Assembly (NCBI GenBank): GCA_905178155.1
Contig: CAJINV010000018.1
Span: 407,028-471,027 of the forward strand
DNA from: Amoebophrya sp. A120
Taxonomy: Eukaryota > Protista > Dinoflagellata
DNA: 64,000 nt
Direction of reading: 5' to 3'
Positions 24,845-37,075 of this stretch are shown piece by piece; the stretch's first letter is position 1, and each line of letters starts with the position of its first letter. The notes beneath the pieces are model-generated. The model saw nothing but the letters and a program-made list of their open reading frames with translations, did not search any database and had not been told where the DNA came from. Made by a program: the position numbers and the translations under genes.

Positions 24845-27800
24845 CTTGTTCACCTCGTACAAATTGTCTAGTTGTCGAGGAATAATATTTTTAGCGTAAT
24901 TATACTATTTTCTTGGAATTTCAGCTAAAATCAAAGATAGGAACCCTAAACGTAAAAACTATGGTAACTATGAAGTGGGATTTTGTTCGTATAATATGAT
25001 GTTTGTTAGTTTGTTTCTTTGTTTTCTGCGGATTACTGTACGTGGCAAACCGAGGATATGATAGCGAATATCAAATATAGTAGAGTATTCGTCTAAATTC
25101 TTGCTGCTTCAACCGCGAAGAGACAAGAATATCGTGCTAAGTATCAAGCGCATTACGTCTCACAGCGCGGCTGTACTCATTCGTATTCTGTATCGACAGG
25201 TTGTTGTACCTGTACTTAGTAGAGAAAGTCCTAGTCCAAGTCGCTTTGTATTCACAAGTTCTAAGAATAAAGAAAGAGTATTTTCAGTCGTGTCTATGTT
25301 GATTTTCTACTCCTGCGCAGTGGCGGTGCGTCAGGGAATGAAACGACAATAAAGTGAAGTTTTGATGATTTTCTATGTTGGAGCTCCGCTTCGTTCTAAT
25401 TCCGGATTCTGCTTACACTTGTATGCCAGTATCCGAATAGAATCTAAGTAGTATAATTTTTTTCCACCGACAGCACAGCTGTTGTACAAGCGAAGTTTAT
25501 AACTTATGCGTATCGACAGTGAAGAAGTGTCAAACCCAAATAAACAATTTTGTTTCCACCTTTGTAGCAGCGACAGGTAAAAATAGCGAAAATCTTATAC
25601 GGTGTCGTCTTCTAGTTTCACTAGAGAGGAGCAGTCACAAATCAACAGGCGACTGCGACAAAAATGTTGACAGGCTCGACGTCGAAATAAGTGAGTGTAG
25701 CCGAAGTCCTCGTGTGGTCCGGTCTTTTCAGGGTTCACACGACAACGCTGGTTGACGAGAAACCACCACACACCACAATAAAGAATAGACACCAGCAGAA
25801 CTAGTAGCAACTACTTCCTGTCTTCCTGTCAACGGGCGGTAATGGGATTTTCTGAAGGAAGTCGAAATTTGGATTATATTTCAGGCGGTTGATGGTACAA
25901 AAGTATTATATAAGTTCTTGTGGGGTGTTCTTCGCTGTTAATTGTGTACAACTTGTACTCAAAAAATACGTCGAAACTCGTCTATGCCGCCGAAGATTCG
26001 TAGGAGTGGTGAAAAATGTAGCTAGAAAATGTGGCGGTTTTCTTGTAGCTTTTCTGTCCGGCTACAACAACCTTGCGGCCACCAGTCGATATTGCTAGTA
26101 TACTTCTACCTAGTACCGGTAAAAGAAAAGTTTATTTTTCATCAAGCTACAAACGGTACTAGAGGTCGAATAGCTAGAATGAATGTAGTACTGAAATTAT
26201 GTCGTGCTCTATTTCATCTGCCTCCACTTTTTTTATTTTCGTGGCTTCACCACGTACAAGCTCCTCTTAGTTGGAAAAAAAAATAGAAACGTAAAATAAT
26301 CCCGTCGCGAAAGACAAATCGAAATTCACAGAATCAATGAATTACGACCCGGTCGCACAACAAAGATGAACCTGTAGTGAGGTAAGCAACGGCATTGTTT
26401 GGTATTGAAAATGTGTCATCTCGGATGAAGATCTAGCATCTCTTCACACATCAACTTAGACCCCTACTACTTAGATGGGCCCGGTTAAAAAAGATCTCCT
26501 TCACACGTGGTCATAAGAGTGCATTCCCACGACCGCCTTCCTTTGTCCTCGGAAACATCTCCGAACAAAGCAAGCGGCGTGGCGGTGAGACATAGTAGAT
26601 CGACTTGATGTTACTGAGCCAGTCCTAGTGCGGACGTAGTAAAATAAGGAAGATCATTATCTTCATCCAGATGGAGTTGGAGATGTGTCGTTGTGTTCTT
26701 ACTTCTAGATCCAATCATGATCATACATGATCTCATCTTCCGTGAACTCTTAGTACTATCCAGTCCAACAATAGTAGCACTGCAGGTGAGGATATCACCG
26801 TTGACACGTACGATCGTAATGCTGTTGGATCCTCACAAACGAAGATCTTGAACTTTATGACTATCTGGCTGCGTCTGCGACTGCAGTACTTACGGAAAAG
26901 ATCCTCCTCTAGGTGTCTTATTGATCTTCGCTTTGCAAAGTTGAGTGTAGGACGAGCACAACTTCTTCGAAACATAAATAAATGGCTTGCACCGAGGGCA
27001 CGCTGCATCGAGTCTTCTTAGTTAACGTGGAGGATTTTTGCCTTTTTAAAGCTAAAATGGGCGGCACTGCCGCGATTCTGATGAATAAAAAGAAGCAAAA
27101 AGTAACATATTGCGTGCGCTTGTACCAGCCGCAATTTTTCATGTTCTGGACGAGACTACCGTCGTGTTTCGCGCAAAAATGCGCATAATTGAGCAAAGCT
27201 GATAATTTACAAGCAGAGAAACCGATACTGTTTCGCGAAAAACGAAGAAAAAATGCACAATTCATCAAAATTACTGAAATACAAACCGAGAGACCGACGG
27301 CGTTTCGCGAAAAAAAGTTGACGAACGGGCAAACCGCCGCTACCGAGGTAGAATTTGACACACGTGCACACAGTAAACCGCAAATAGAGAAGGAACAGTA
27401 CTTACAACCTTGGTCGCTGTGCCGACGTTTATTTTCACGACGCAAGCAGTGCTGGACAAGAACAACTTGCCTCTCAGCTTCTATTTTTCTTTTAGTTTTT
27501 CATTTCAACAAAGCTCAAACACAACTTGATGTTGTCCCAAAATTTACCTTCGACAAAATCGTTCAAGAAACATATCAAGTGTTCATTGAAACGCGAAGTC
27601 AAAATCCAAACTCTGGTAATACTCATCAAAATAATTTTCACGACGGCCATGAAATCCTCGGGGCTATCCCTGCAGGCACATGGCTAGTTTGCCGTACATT
27701 ACATGCATGGCAAATATTTTCTTCAAGTCTGTGAAATTATACAGATTTTCATCTTCATTTCTGTTATCCTTATCCCCACCTCATCCTCAAACAAGAAATC

Positions 27801-30800
27801 TTACAAAATCATTGGCGTCGGCAGGAAGGGTCCGTGCCGCCACAAGGCCATCGGCGACGCCGCGTGAGATGCTAGCTCGTTGTGGTTGGTTATCAAGTGC
27901 AAAAATGTCTGGGTCTGAAAACCTGTGATGCTGAATTGAGCATGATTGAAGCGCTTGCAATGGCAGCCAAGCATGACAAGTTTTGGGACGCCTGCTTATG
28001 CCTAGAACGCATCACAAATTGCGTTTTTGCATGACAAAGGAAGTGGAACAAGCCCCTCTCTTGCTGCTCATGCAACAAAAATTTTCCAGGAATGCAAGAC
28101 ACGCATCACAAGTTCCACTGTTCCAGACCGAGACATATTTGCATTTGATATTGGTCACGTGCGTGGAGGTCCCGAAATTTTCCACAGAGTCCTGGTAGAG
28201 GAGACTGGTGTCATCGTCGTCGAACCCGGGGAAGGTCAGGTCCGATTGTTGCCCTCCCGCAGCAGCGCCGTAGTTCTTCTTCGCCACCGCGGCGGAGAGC
28301 GAAATGCTCTTCACGACGTTAATGCTGTTTTTGGCCGGCACAGAAGATTTTTGAACCAGGGTGGATGAAACAGACGACTTCTTGGAAGAAGCAGTATGGA
28401 CCTTCTTGTGGCGCGAAGATGTAGCTGTGTGTTTCATCTTCATCTCCTTCGCCCGCAGCTTCTCGTGCATTTTATCAAAGTGAAAAAAGCCCCCACCCCA
28501 TATCAAAACGAAACTTCTGATGCTGGATTTGCGTACACAAATCAGATTTGTCTTGCAGTAGGGGACTGCAGGCCGATATCATGCCAGTGCGCAGAGGTTT
28601 TGGCCTAGGCGCTTAGCATGGGGAACGCCTATGCTGTAGGACCAACAGCATTACAAACCGCCAGCATAATGGGGCGGAGCGGATGCCGTTGCTTTCTTGC
28701 AAGACAGACACGATTTGTGNNNNNNNNNNNNNNNNNNNNNNNNNNNNNNNNNNNNNNNNNNNNNNNNNNNNNNNNNNNNNNNNNNNNNNNNNNNNNNNNN
28801 NNNNNNNNNNNNNNNNNNNNNNNNNNNNNNNNNNNNNNNNNNNNNNNNNNNNNNNNNNNNNNNNNNNNNNNNNNNNNNNNNNNNNNNNNNNNNNNNNNNN
28901 NNNNNNNNNNNNNNNNNNNNNNNNNNNNNNNNNNNNNNNNNNNNNNNNNNNNNNNNNNNNNNNNNNNNNNNNNNNNNNNNNNNNNNNNNNNNNNNNNNNN
29001 NNNNNNNNNNNNNNNNNNNNNNNNNNNNNNNNNNNNNNNNNNNNNNNNNNNNNNNNNNNNNNNNNNNNNNNNNNNNNNNNNNNNNNNNNNNNNNNNNNNN
29101 NNNNNNNNNNNNNNNNNNNNNNNNNNNNNNNNNNNNNNNNNNNNNNNNNNNNNNNNNNNNNNNNNNNNNNNNNNNNNNNNNNNNNNNNNNNNNNNNNNNN
29201 NNNNNNNNNNNNNNNNNNNNNNNNNNNNNNNNNNNNNNNNNNNNNNNNNNNNNNNNNNNNNNNNNNNNNNNNNNNNNNNNNNNNNNNNNNNNNNNNNNNN
29301 NNNNNNNNNNNNNNNNNNNNNNNNNNNNNNNNNNNNNNNNNNNNNNNNNNNNNNNNNNNNNNNNNNNNNNNNNNNNNNNNNNNNNNNNNNNNNNNNNNNN
29401 NNNNNNNNNNCCCTCTTTTTGACCTCTCTGCACCCTCTGTGCCACTTAGGCGGCGCCTAAGGGTGGGCGCTTACTGCGGGCCTTATTCGCGCACCCTCTC
29501 GCGGACCCTCTCGAACGGGGTCCCGCGCCACCTCTCCACCTCTGTCGACCTCTTTTCTACCTCTGTCGACCTCTTTTTTACCTCTCGGCCACCTCTCTGG
29601 GACCCTCTGTCTACCTCTTTTTTCGCATGAATATAATGTATAGTAATCGCAATACAAATTTCCGTAGCATTAGAAATGGAATCTGTAATGCGGATTTGCC
29701 TCAAGAAAAAGATTTGTAATGCATGACTGCGAAGATTACTACGTACGAGTACGATACTTTTGCACAGGATACTCTTCGTCCTTTGCCAAAATGTCGTAGA
29801 TGCTCGCCGCCAGTTTCTCCTCTTCCTTTTTCGACACGAACTGGTTCTCGCTTTGCAAAAACTCCTTTGACTTCACGGATTGGAGAAGATTGTCGGCGTA
29901 TTTTTCTTGCTCCTTCTCCATGAAGGCATGTTGTTGTCCTTGTTCTTGATGACCAGGTGCAGCAGCCGCGTTTGTGAAGGAGATGCGATTTTTCTTCTTG
30001 GCCAAAAACCCCTGCTGATCAACATGAGTGTGCGAAACCACGGACTTCACAACATCCCGGACCGTCATCGAATCAGAAGCGGCACTCTTCTGCTGGGCAG
30101 AAGAAGTACTGGTGTGCGCGGCGGTCGGTTGCGTCTTGGAAGTAGTAGCTCCCGTAGTAGAAGACTTCTGCGCAGGGTCGTTCTTCATCTCGCGCACCTC
30201 CGTCACATAGTTGACGACCGGCGGGAGACCAGCAGTGTTCATTCTCGACGCACCAGAGGCGTTCGCCAGGAAGTTGCGGCCTTTGGAAGAAGCACCAGAG
30301 TGGTCGCTCCCGCCGACCTTCTTCTCCACGACTTTCTTCTTTGCAAAATCGGTTTCATGGTTCGCTTTGGCAAAGCCGACCTGCAGACCGTCGCGATCGA
30401 AGACGGTGAAAAAGGCGCGAATGAAGACGTCGCCCAAGATCCAGGCCGGCTTTCCCATCTGCGTCTTGGGCTCTTCGTACCTTATGTATAGTGTGGTTTA
30501 GGGTTTAGGCTTCGGAGAGTTCTGAAGTAGATGACACCGTGATAGTATGTGGATAGGATTTCTTCAAGATACGAATATAGAAGATTTGCTTGAAAACAGG
30601 CTTGAAATAATGACATCATGACAAAAAACTACACTCCTCATAGTACTACCCGAATTCCATGTCCGCGGGCATAATCCCGAGGGCGCAGTTGGTCCGCTTC
30701 CCTTTGTGATCGAACTTATCCAAGAAAAAAACTGCGTTAGTGTAACTATCTTCGGCTGGTGACAGCATCACAAATTTGCTCTGTCTACATGATGTCATGC

Positions 30801-33800
30801 GTGGTTTGTAAGGGAAAACACACATGAGCAGAGGACTGCGCGGCTGTCTGGCATGACAGGTGTAACTTTGTTGCATGTTCTGCATCACAGATTTACACTT
30901 ACACAGTTTTTTTCTTGCATAAAACTCTTCCATCATGTATTCTTTCGGGGTCAGGTCCAGCTCGTAGTTCTCTCCCTTGTCATCCCGGAAAATGTATCCT
31001 GTGCAAAAGTATCGTACTCGTGATCTTGCAATCACGCATTACAAATCTTTTTGCTAAGGTAAATCAGCATTACAAATCTTATTTTTCATGCTGAGGAAAT
31101 TTGTAATGCATTTATACGAGCACGATACTTTTGCAATTCATAAAATGAAGGTCAGAGGTTTCAAGTTGTTGAATCCGTTACAGTCGTCTTCCACGCCGAG
31201 CACACTGATCATGTCCTTCACATTCGATTTATGAAATGCAAATATGTCTGGGTCTGGAAGAATGCAAGTCTGTCATGCTTGGCCGACAAGACAGAAAAGT
31301 CTGTCATGCTTGGCGCGCTATGGTGCCACTTGTTTGTCATGCACAAGGGCCATTTGTCATGCGGCTCACGCTAGACATAGCCGCTCAGAAACTTGTCATG
31401 CGCGGCCCCCGAATACAGGCTGCGCATCATTCGGACATTAGCATCACAACTTTCCAGACCCAGACATATTTGCATGTGATACGATTCCGGAGCGGTGATC
31501 AAGCTGGTACCCGTGTCAATCAGCGCGGTGCACCCCTTCTTCGGGCAGAACCCTATCAAATGCAAATATGTCTTGGTCCTCTGGAAGATCCCGAGATTTG
31601 TCATGCAGTTTATCCAAGCTCCACCAAGCGGCCTGGAATGCAGGTTGTAGCATCACAGGATCTGCAGCCCCTTGGTGATCGATGCCTGCTCTGCATGAGA
31701 AATGCCCTCTAGCATGGGCACCTCTTGCAAGTCACGCAACACAAATTTTTGTACGATCCGCAACATGCATCACAAGTTCCCATCCTTCGAGACCCACACA
31801 TATTTGCAATGCATAAACCCGAAGGGACTGTCATGTGCCTTCACGTCGACGAGATCGATGGTCCAACGAGATTTCATGGTCACCGGCGACCACTGCATCT
31901 TAGTGGCGCCCTTGTCACCGCCGAGGATCTTGTCGGGATCGACCTGATAATAAACGGGAAGTGGAGATTGTGATGGCTTGGTGCGTTATTTCCGATGCCG
32001 AACCATCAAGATGACGAAGACCAACATGCAAGGGCACAGCAACAATCAATGATGCATGTCTGGCTCAGTGATAAATGTAAGAACATGCACACTTCTGCAT
32101 CTTCCCCCGCGATCGAAGGATCAGGATGGGAATGGGTGTTGATGTACAACCTGTGAGAAATAAAACAAAACCTGTTTATTTACCTTCCCAATCGTCATGT
32201 AGCCGGGCTTGGTCGGGTCCCCGCTGAAATAAAAGCCGTACTGGTTGTGCTCGATCAACTTTTTATCCAGCATGTTGTCCAGCACCGGGCGGTGGAAATT
32301 CCGTTTGTTCTGGTAGTATCCTGTACAAAAGCATCGTATTCGTATTTTGCAGTCATGCATTACAAATCTTTTTGTCAAGTCAAATCCGCATTACAAATTT
32401 ATCTGTTTCTCAGGCTGAGAAAATTTGTAATGCATTTATACGAGTACGATACTTATTTGCAATGCATAGGTAGTGATTCATATCCAATCCCAGCCCGAGA
32501 ATCCCGTCCATTATCCCATGCAAAAACGTCCCCACCTCCCCATAGTTGTAATGCAAGTCTGCATGCAGCTGCAAATATTTCTCATGCGGAGCCCCATAAG
32601 AAGCATTCTCGAGCCGTGTTTCGGAATTTGTGATGCTCCAAGCAGCATAACAGGCTAGATCTGTGATGCTGTTGAACTAGCCAAATAGGACTACACTACA
32701 CGGCCAAGTCTGTCATGCGCAACAAACAAAGCTGGGAGATTTGTCTAGCAGATTTCCCAGCCTGAGTATGGGGCGGGGACATTTTTACTCAGGATACCCA
32801 TCGGAGATTCCTTGAAGGGAAAATCCGTTTCCCGCAGCGTCACGCCCACGCCCTGCCAGGGCACCTCGATGTCGCCCAGCTTCACGTGGTCGGTTCCCCA
32901 CTGCTATCAAGTGTAAAAATGTCTGGGTCTGGAAGAGTGCAACTTGTCATGCTAAGTAAATCTGAAGCATGCAAAAATCTGCGTTGCAGGATTACCAAAA
33001 GTCGTCCAGTTTTGACCAAGTCGGGAGGCAGTTTCTCATGCAGGATAGGCATGAGAAGGATCGCACAGAATCTGTCATGCTAGGTCCTGCATTCCAGACC
33101 TCATGGGTCATGGAAAAGCTGCATGACAAATCGCGCATTCTTCCAGACCCAGACATTTTTACATTTGATAACTGCGCGCGGACGGCGCCCGTGCCGTAGA
33201 ACAGATCGTGGCGGGTGCCGGTCGTGCGAAAAGTCTTCGATTATCAACTGCAAAAGTGTCTGGGTCTGGAAGATTGCCAGGCTTGTCATGCATATTTTGA
33301 ATGACCCATGATGTCTGTGATGCATGCCCTAGCATCACAGATTTCTAGCGGACTTTGTGATGGTGCCTCTACCGCATGAGAAATGCCCTCTCCACGTAGC
33401 ACAAACTGGAGTCCTTTTGCTGGTCATGCAATACAGACTTTTTTAGAATCCAGAGACAGCATTACCAAATATAGCCGCTGGGGCGGGGGTAGTGAGGTCG
33501 TGGGCGTTTTTTTGCCGACCGCAGCCTTGGCCGCGGCTTTGCTTTTTATGGGTTCGTCATACCTCCGTGAGTAACGTTATGCCGCACGGTATGATGGCCA
33601 CTTGGGAAACGTTGCAAATTTTGGCACATTTCCAAAATTACTTTCCGAAAGCCAGCCCCGATGCTATGGGGCCGATCCGGGTGCCACGGGGGCCGCCCAG
33701 AAAGCGAAGAAAAACCGGGCCCATAGCATGCGGATTGGCTTTGCGCGTCTGGCGCGCTTTTTATTTTTCGCGTTTTTATTTTTCACGCCGGCGCTTTTTG

Positions 33801-34784
33801 CAAAGCTTCCCAGGCTCTAAAACCGGCGAAAAGGCGGCCGCTTTCGCGGCCGCCCAAAATGCTCCGAAATCGCGGCCGTGCCAAGCTGTTTCGCTGTTCT
33901 GATTTTGGGCGCGTTTTTTGCGCGCCCTTTTTTGGGCGCCCCAAATCGCCAGAAACTAAGGCGGCGGGCGCCTCAGAAGGGCGCCCCTTTTGCCGGCTCC
34001 CCTGCGTCGTTTTATCAAGTGCGAATCGATAGTTTTCGACCGGGCTTGTTTGCCGCAAACGCCCCGGCCGCTCGATAAGTGAAAACTTTTTATGCTCAAA
34101 AACACTTCCGGCCGCTTGAAGACTGCCGGTCGTTTTTCACGGGAGGTGTCAAAAAAACTCCCTGGTTAGAACCGTTCGGTGACCTCACTACATACAAGTT
34201 TAGAATCTTCCAGACCCAGACACTTTTACATTTGATATCGATTTCCAGGGCGCAAAAGCCTTGTGGTTCTTGCAGCACGCATCCGGACAGAGCTTGCCGG
34301 GAACCTTTAAATCATTTTTTTTTCGCTATGTATACATCAACATGCCCACCAAGAGTAGTCGAGTACAATTGGTTGTTCCTCCTTCATCCTGATACGTTAT
34401 TCTCAGGTAAAGACATTGTTCTCAAACTCAAAGATGTAAACGGTACTGTACGACACGCATGAGAAATCTATTTTTCTGTACCCACAAATCGTTGCTGCCC
34501 GTGTCGAAGACGACAGTGAAGTTTTGCGGCGGAGTCCCAATCTCGATGTCGCCGTAGAACATCATGTTGTCTTGGTTCATCATCTCAATCTCCTGCGGCG
34601 TTGCGCGTCCCTTCTGCGCCCGCTGCACAACGGAAACGGTTGCCTGCGAGCGCTCGCGGTTCGTCGGCCGCAACTCAATTTGCGTGGACAACGCATGCGC
34701 TCCTTGGAAGAGGGTCGTTTGATGTTGCGCTGTCAAGAGATAAACAGCGCCAAAAATAGCTCGAGTGGAAAGTTTACTCAACAT
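27801..34784 (-). CDS. Aspartic protease, pepsin (A1) family, with signal/pro-peptide and a long low-complexity C-terminal extension
   Basis: Spliced protein has [28 protein letters not shown], flap [23 protein letters not shown] and [20 protein letters not shown] introns at 34305-34481, 31944-32183 and 30481-30649, plus 11 introners. The C-terminal part crosses the N-gap. Confidence 0.93.
27891..28150. mobile_element. Introner, family A
   Basis: Perfect DR TTGGT. Confidence 0.9.
28473..28719. mobile_element. Introner, family B, truncated by gap
   Basis: Left TIR and interior. Confidence 0.85.
28720..29410. other. Assembly gap (N)
   Basis: Run of N. Confidence 1.
29411..29771. mobile_element. 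Family D introner right end, preceded by a C/T-rich insert with 21-bp repeats
   Basis: Right TIR ..GATACTTTTGCACAGGATA; CCTCTGTCGACCTCTTTT repeats. Confidence 0.7.
30717..30921. mobile_element. Introner, family K
   Basis: TIR TATCCAAGAAAAAAACTG; DR GAACT/AAACT. Confidence 0.85.
30995..31142. mobile_element. Introner, family D
   Basis: Perfect DR AAATG. Confidence 0.9.
31230..31481. mobile_element. Introner, family A (variant interior)
   Basis: Perfect DR CGATT. Confidence 0.9.
31554..31815. mobile_element. Introner, family A
   Basis: Perfect DR AACCC. Confidence 0.88.
32317..32468. mobile_element. Introner, family D
   Basis: Perfect DR GGTAG. Confidence 0.9.
32512..32796. mobile_element. 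Introner, family C
   Basis: DR TCCAT/CCCAT. Confidence 0.88.
32905..33170. mobile_element. Introner, family A
   Basis: Perfect DR ACTGC. Confidence 0.9.
33242..34237. mobile_element. Introner, family A, with ~730-bp nested GC-rich insert (33465-34192)
   Basis: Perfect DR TCGAT; family interior resumes after the insert. Confidence 0.88.
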
Positions 34785-35015
34785 TTTGTTTATGATTTTT
34801 GCAAAATCTTTATGTTTAAAAATCAGGTTCTTCAGGGTAGAAGTCAATTTCAGTAATCAAGTGAGGAAACAGAAGCAGCAATAGCTGGTATCAAACAGAA
34901 ACTTTCGGAAAAGGAAAGAAGAGAAAAGAATCGCCTCGTCGAGCAGGAAGAGAAAACTCAGAAAGCAATCCCCTTCAAGCAAGACGAAGGCGTCGTCTTC
35001 TGTAGGTGGTAAAAT

Positions 35016-35294
35016 TATCCTGAGTAAAAACGTACCCACACCAGAGTTGTAATGCAGATTTGCAAAGACAGGAAGACTTGTAACGCGCATCCCCATGAGA
35101 GCCATTCCCAATTGTGTTTTGGAATTTGTGATGCTGTGAACAGGATGAGCAGATGAATCTGTGATGCGGCTGCACTTGCTAACCTGCACCACACTGCATA
35201 GTGAAACTTGTCATGCGTGACTCACAAAACTCCTAGGTTTGTGTTGCAAAATCCTCATCCTGACTCTGGTGTGGGTACGTTTTTACTCAGGATA
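35016..35294. mobile_element. Introner, family C, upstream of the protease ATG (probable 5' UTR)
   Basis: Perfect DR AAAAT. Confidence 0.9.
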
Positions 35295-36239
35295 AAAATT
35301 GTATGATAGTCACAAAGTAGAGCACGAGCACAAGTTCGTTCGTAGACAAAACAATCAAAATTAGGAGAATAAGCTCAAGGATAATTCTGAAGAACAGCTC
35401 GAGTTGTTGTAAGTAGATAGTTCTCCTCCTCGTCTGTGCAAGGAGTTGAAAACTTTAGTCGACGAAGTCGAGTCTTGAATCCTTTCTAACGCGGCAGAAC
35501 GACACGAAATCGAACTGCCACAGGGGACGAAAGAAAAAAACTGCTGCTGTGTTGGTTTTCCAATGAAGTCGAAGAAGTTCGCTCGAACTAGAAATTGACA
35601 TTCTGATATGAATTTAGCGTGTTTGCTGAAGAGGTCACGACACTTGATGATTTGAATCTGTTCGACTCTAAGCCTTAGATTGTCCCTGTGCGATTCACTC
35701 CTATTCTTTTTCGTCCCTGGAGTCTTCGCATTTGCTGAATAGGAATAATTTGCTCTTGGAAGGACGCAGCGGAAGAAATGGTACACTTATCATATCAAGT
35801 AGCAATTGCTGTCCAACACCATGCTAGTAGACCGCCAATGTAAAAGCGAGTTTGCAAAAACGATTTGCGCGATCTTCGCTCGTGCATGTTTCGCAATATT
35901 GCTGCTCTCACTTCCATGCATAACGGCAACAGTTTTTACGTGATTTGGCGCTAAAAGATTTGACGCTCTCGTTTCTCTCGTGGGGGTGATACTCTATGAA
36001 GCGCAAAAACGACCGAGAACGACAACGAGATGCCTTGGTTACATGCCGCCGAGAACAAGAATCAGACAGATTTTTGCGAGCTGCAATGTTGCTGCGAGAG
36101 AACTCCTGTTCGCTCATCTCGTTATAATTTGAAAACTGAACCGCTCACATTAATGGATGATATTGCGGCCCTTGTCAACCGGGTTTGCAACGTGACTTGT
36201 TGACAAGGCATTCTCGCGGCGAGAACTAGGGCAGGACGG

Positions 36240-36411
36240 CACTTAGGTAAAATGGATACCAAATGATCTTGTCATGCACAGAGCCATGCTGAAAAAAGAA
36301 AAACTTCTGCTCTTGCATCTACAGCTTCGGCTTAATGCAGACGTACCCCTTCCTGGTGTCCAGGTCCAAGGCAGATCCAGCCCAGTGCCCGAATGGCAAC
36401 TGTCCAATCAA
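36240..36411 (-). pseudogene. Duplicated metacaspase fragment (partial intron plus exon LDSCHSGTGLDLPWTWTPGRG) lacking the introner
   Basis: Near-identical to 44172-44315 joined directly to 45999-46023, with a single CCAGT at 36382-36386. Confidence 0.9.
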
Positions 36412-36466
36412 AAAAAAAAACAGAAGGACTTGGACCAGGAGCTGCTCGCTCTGGTATCAATCCAGC

Positions 36467-36600
36467 GGACTTTTCTCCTTTGCAAGGAGAAAAGTCCGGA
36501 CTTTTCTCCTTTGATCCATATCAAAGGAGAAAAGTCGTCTGATCCATATCAAAGGAGAAAAGTCCGACATCGCGGACCCTCTGATCCATATCAAAGGAGA
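36467..36600. repeat. Tandem perfect hairpins
   Basis: GGACTTTTCTCCTT-tgc-AAGGAGAAAAGTCC, then GACTTTTCTCCTTTGAT-ccat-ATCAAAGGAGAAAAGTC, then two repeats of the right arm. Confidence 0.85.
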
Positions 36601-36737
36601 AACCCCGATACTTATCACAGACCCTATCCCACCCAAACCTTAGCCACCGAGCTCGTCTCCGCTCTGTTTCGCAGTGAAGATCAGAAGGAGCTTGCCTCCA
36701 CTACGTGCTAACGCGGAGATCAGCGGCCGGCTCCTAA

Positions 36738-37075
36738 GGAAGAGATTTCCTATAAAGAAACGCGGAAAGCCCAGGGGCGAGCGATTTCCTAAAAGAAATC
36801 ATGCGGAAAACCTGGACGAAGCGATTTCCCAAAGGAAATAATGCGGAAAGCCCAGGAAAAGGGATGTCCCAAAGAAAATCACGCGGAAAGCCCAGGAGAA
36901 GGGATTTCCCAAAAGAAATCACGCGGAAAGCCCAGCAAAGGGGATTGCCCAAAGGAAATCATGTGGAAAGCCCAGGAGATGGAGAAGGGATTTCGCAAAG
37001 GAAGTCATGCGAAAAACCCAGGAGAAGGGAATTCCCAAAGGAAATCACGCGGAAAGCCCAGAAGAAGGGATGTCC
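36738..37075. repeat. Minisatellite, ~41-bp unit, ~8 copies
   Basis: Unit GATTTCCCAAAAGAAATCACGCGGAAAGCCCAGGAGAAGG. Confidence 0.9.

Noticed and set aside
27189-27734. Plus-strand ORFs (also 37583-38101, 17195-18346)
   Set aside because: They have no domain signal and are either antisense shadows of minus-strand genes or AT-rich intergenic ORFs.
33489-34191. CACTA superfamily transposon
   Set aside because: The CACTA/TAGTG motifs face the wrong way and are not at both insert termini.
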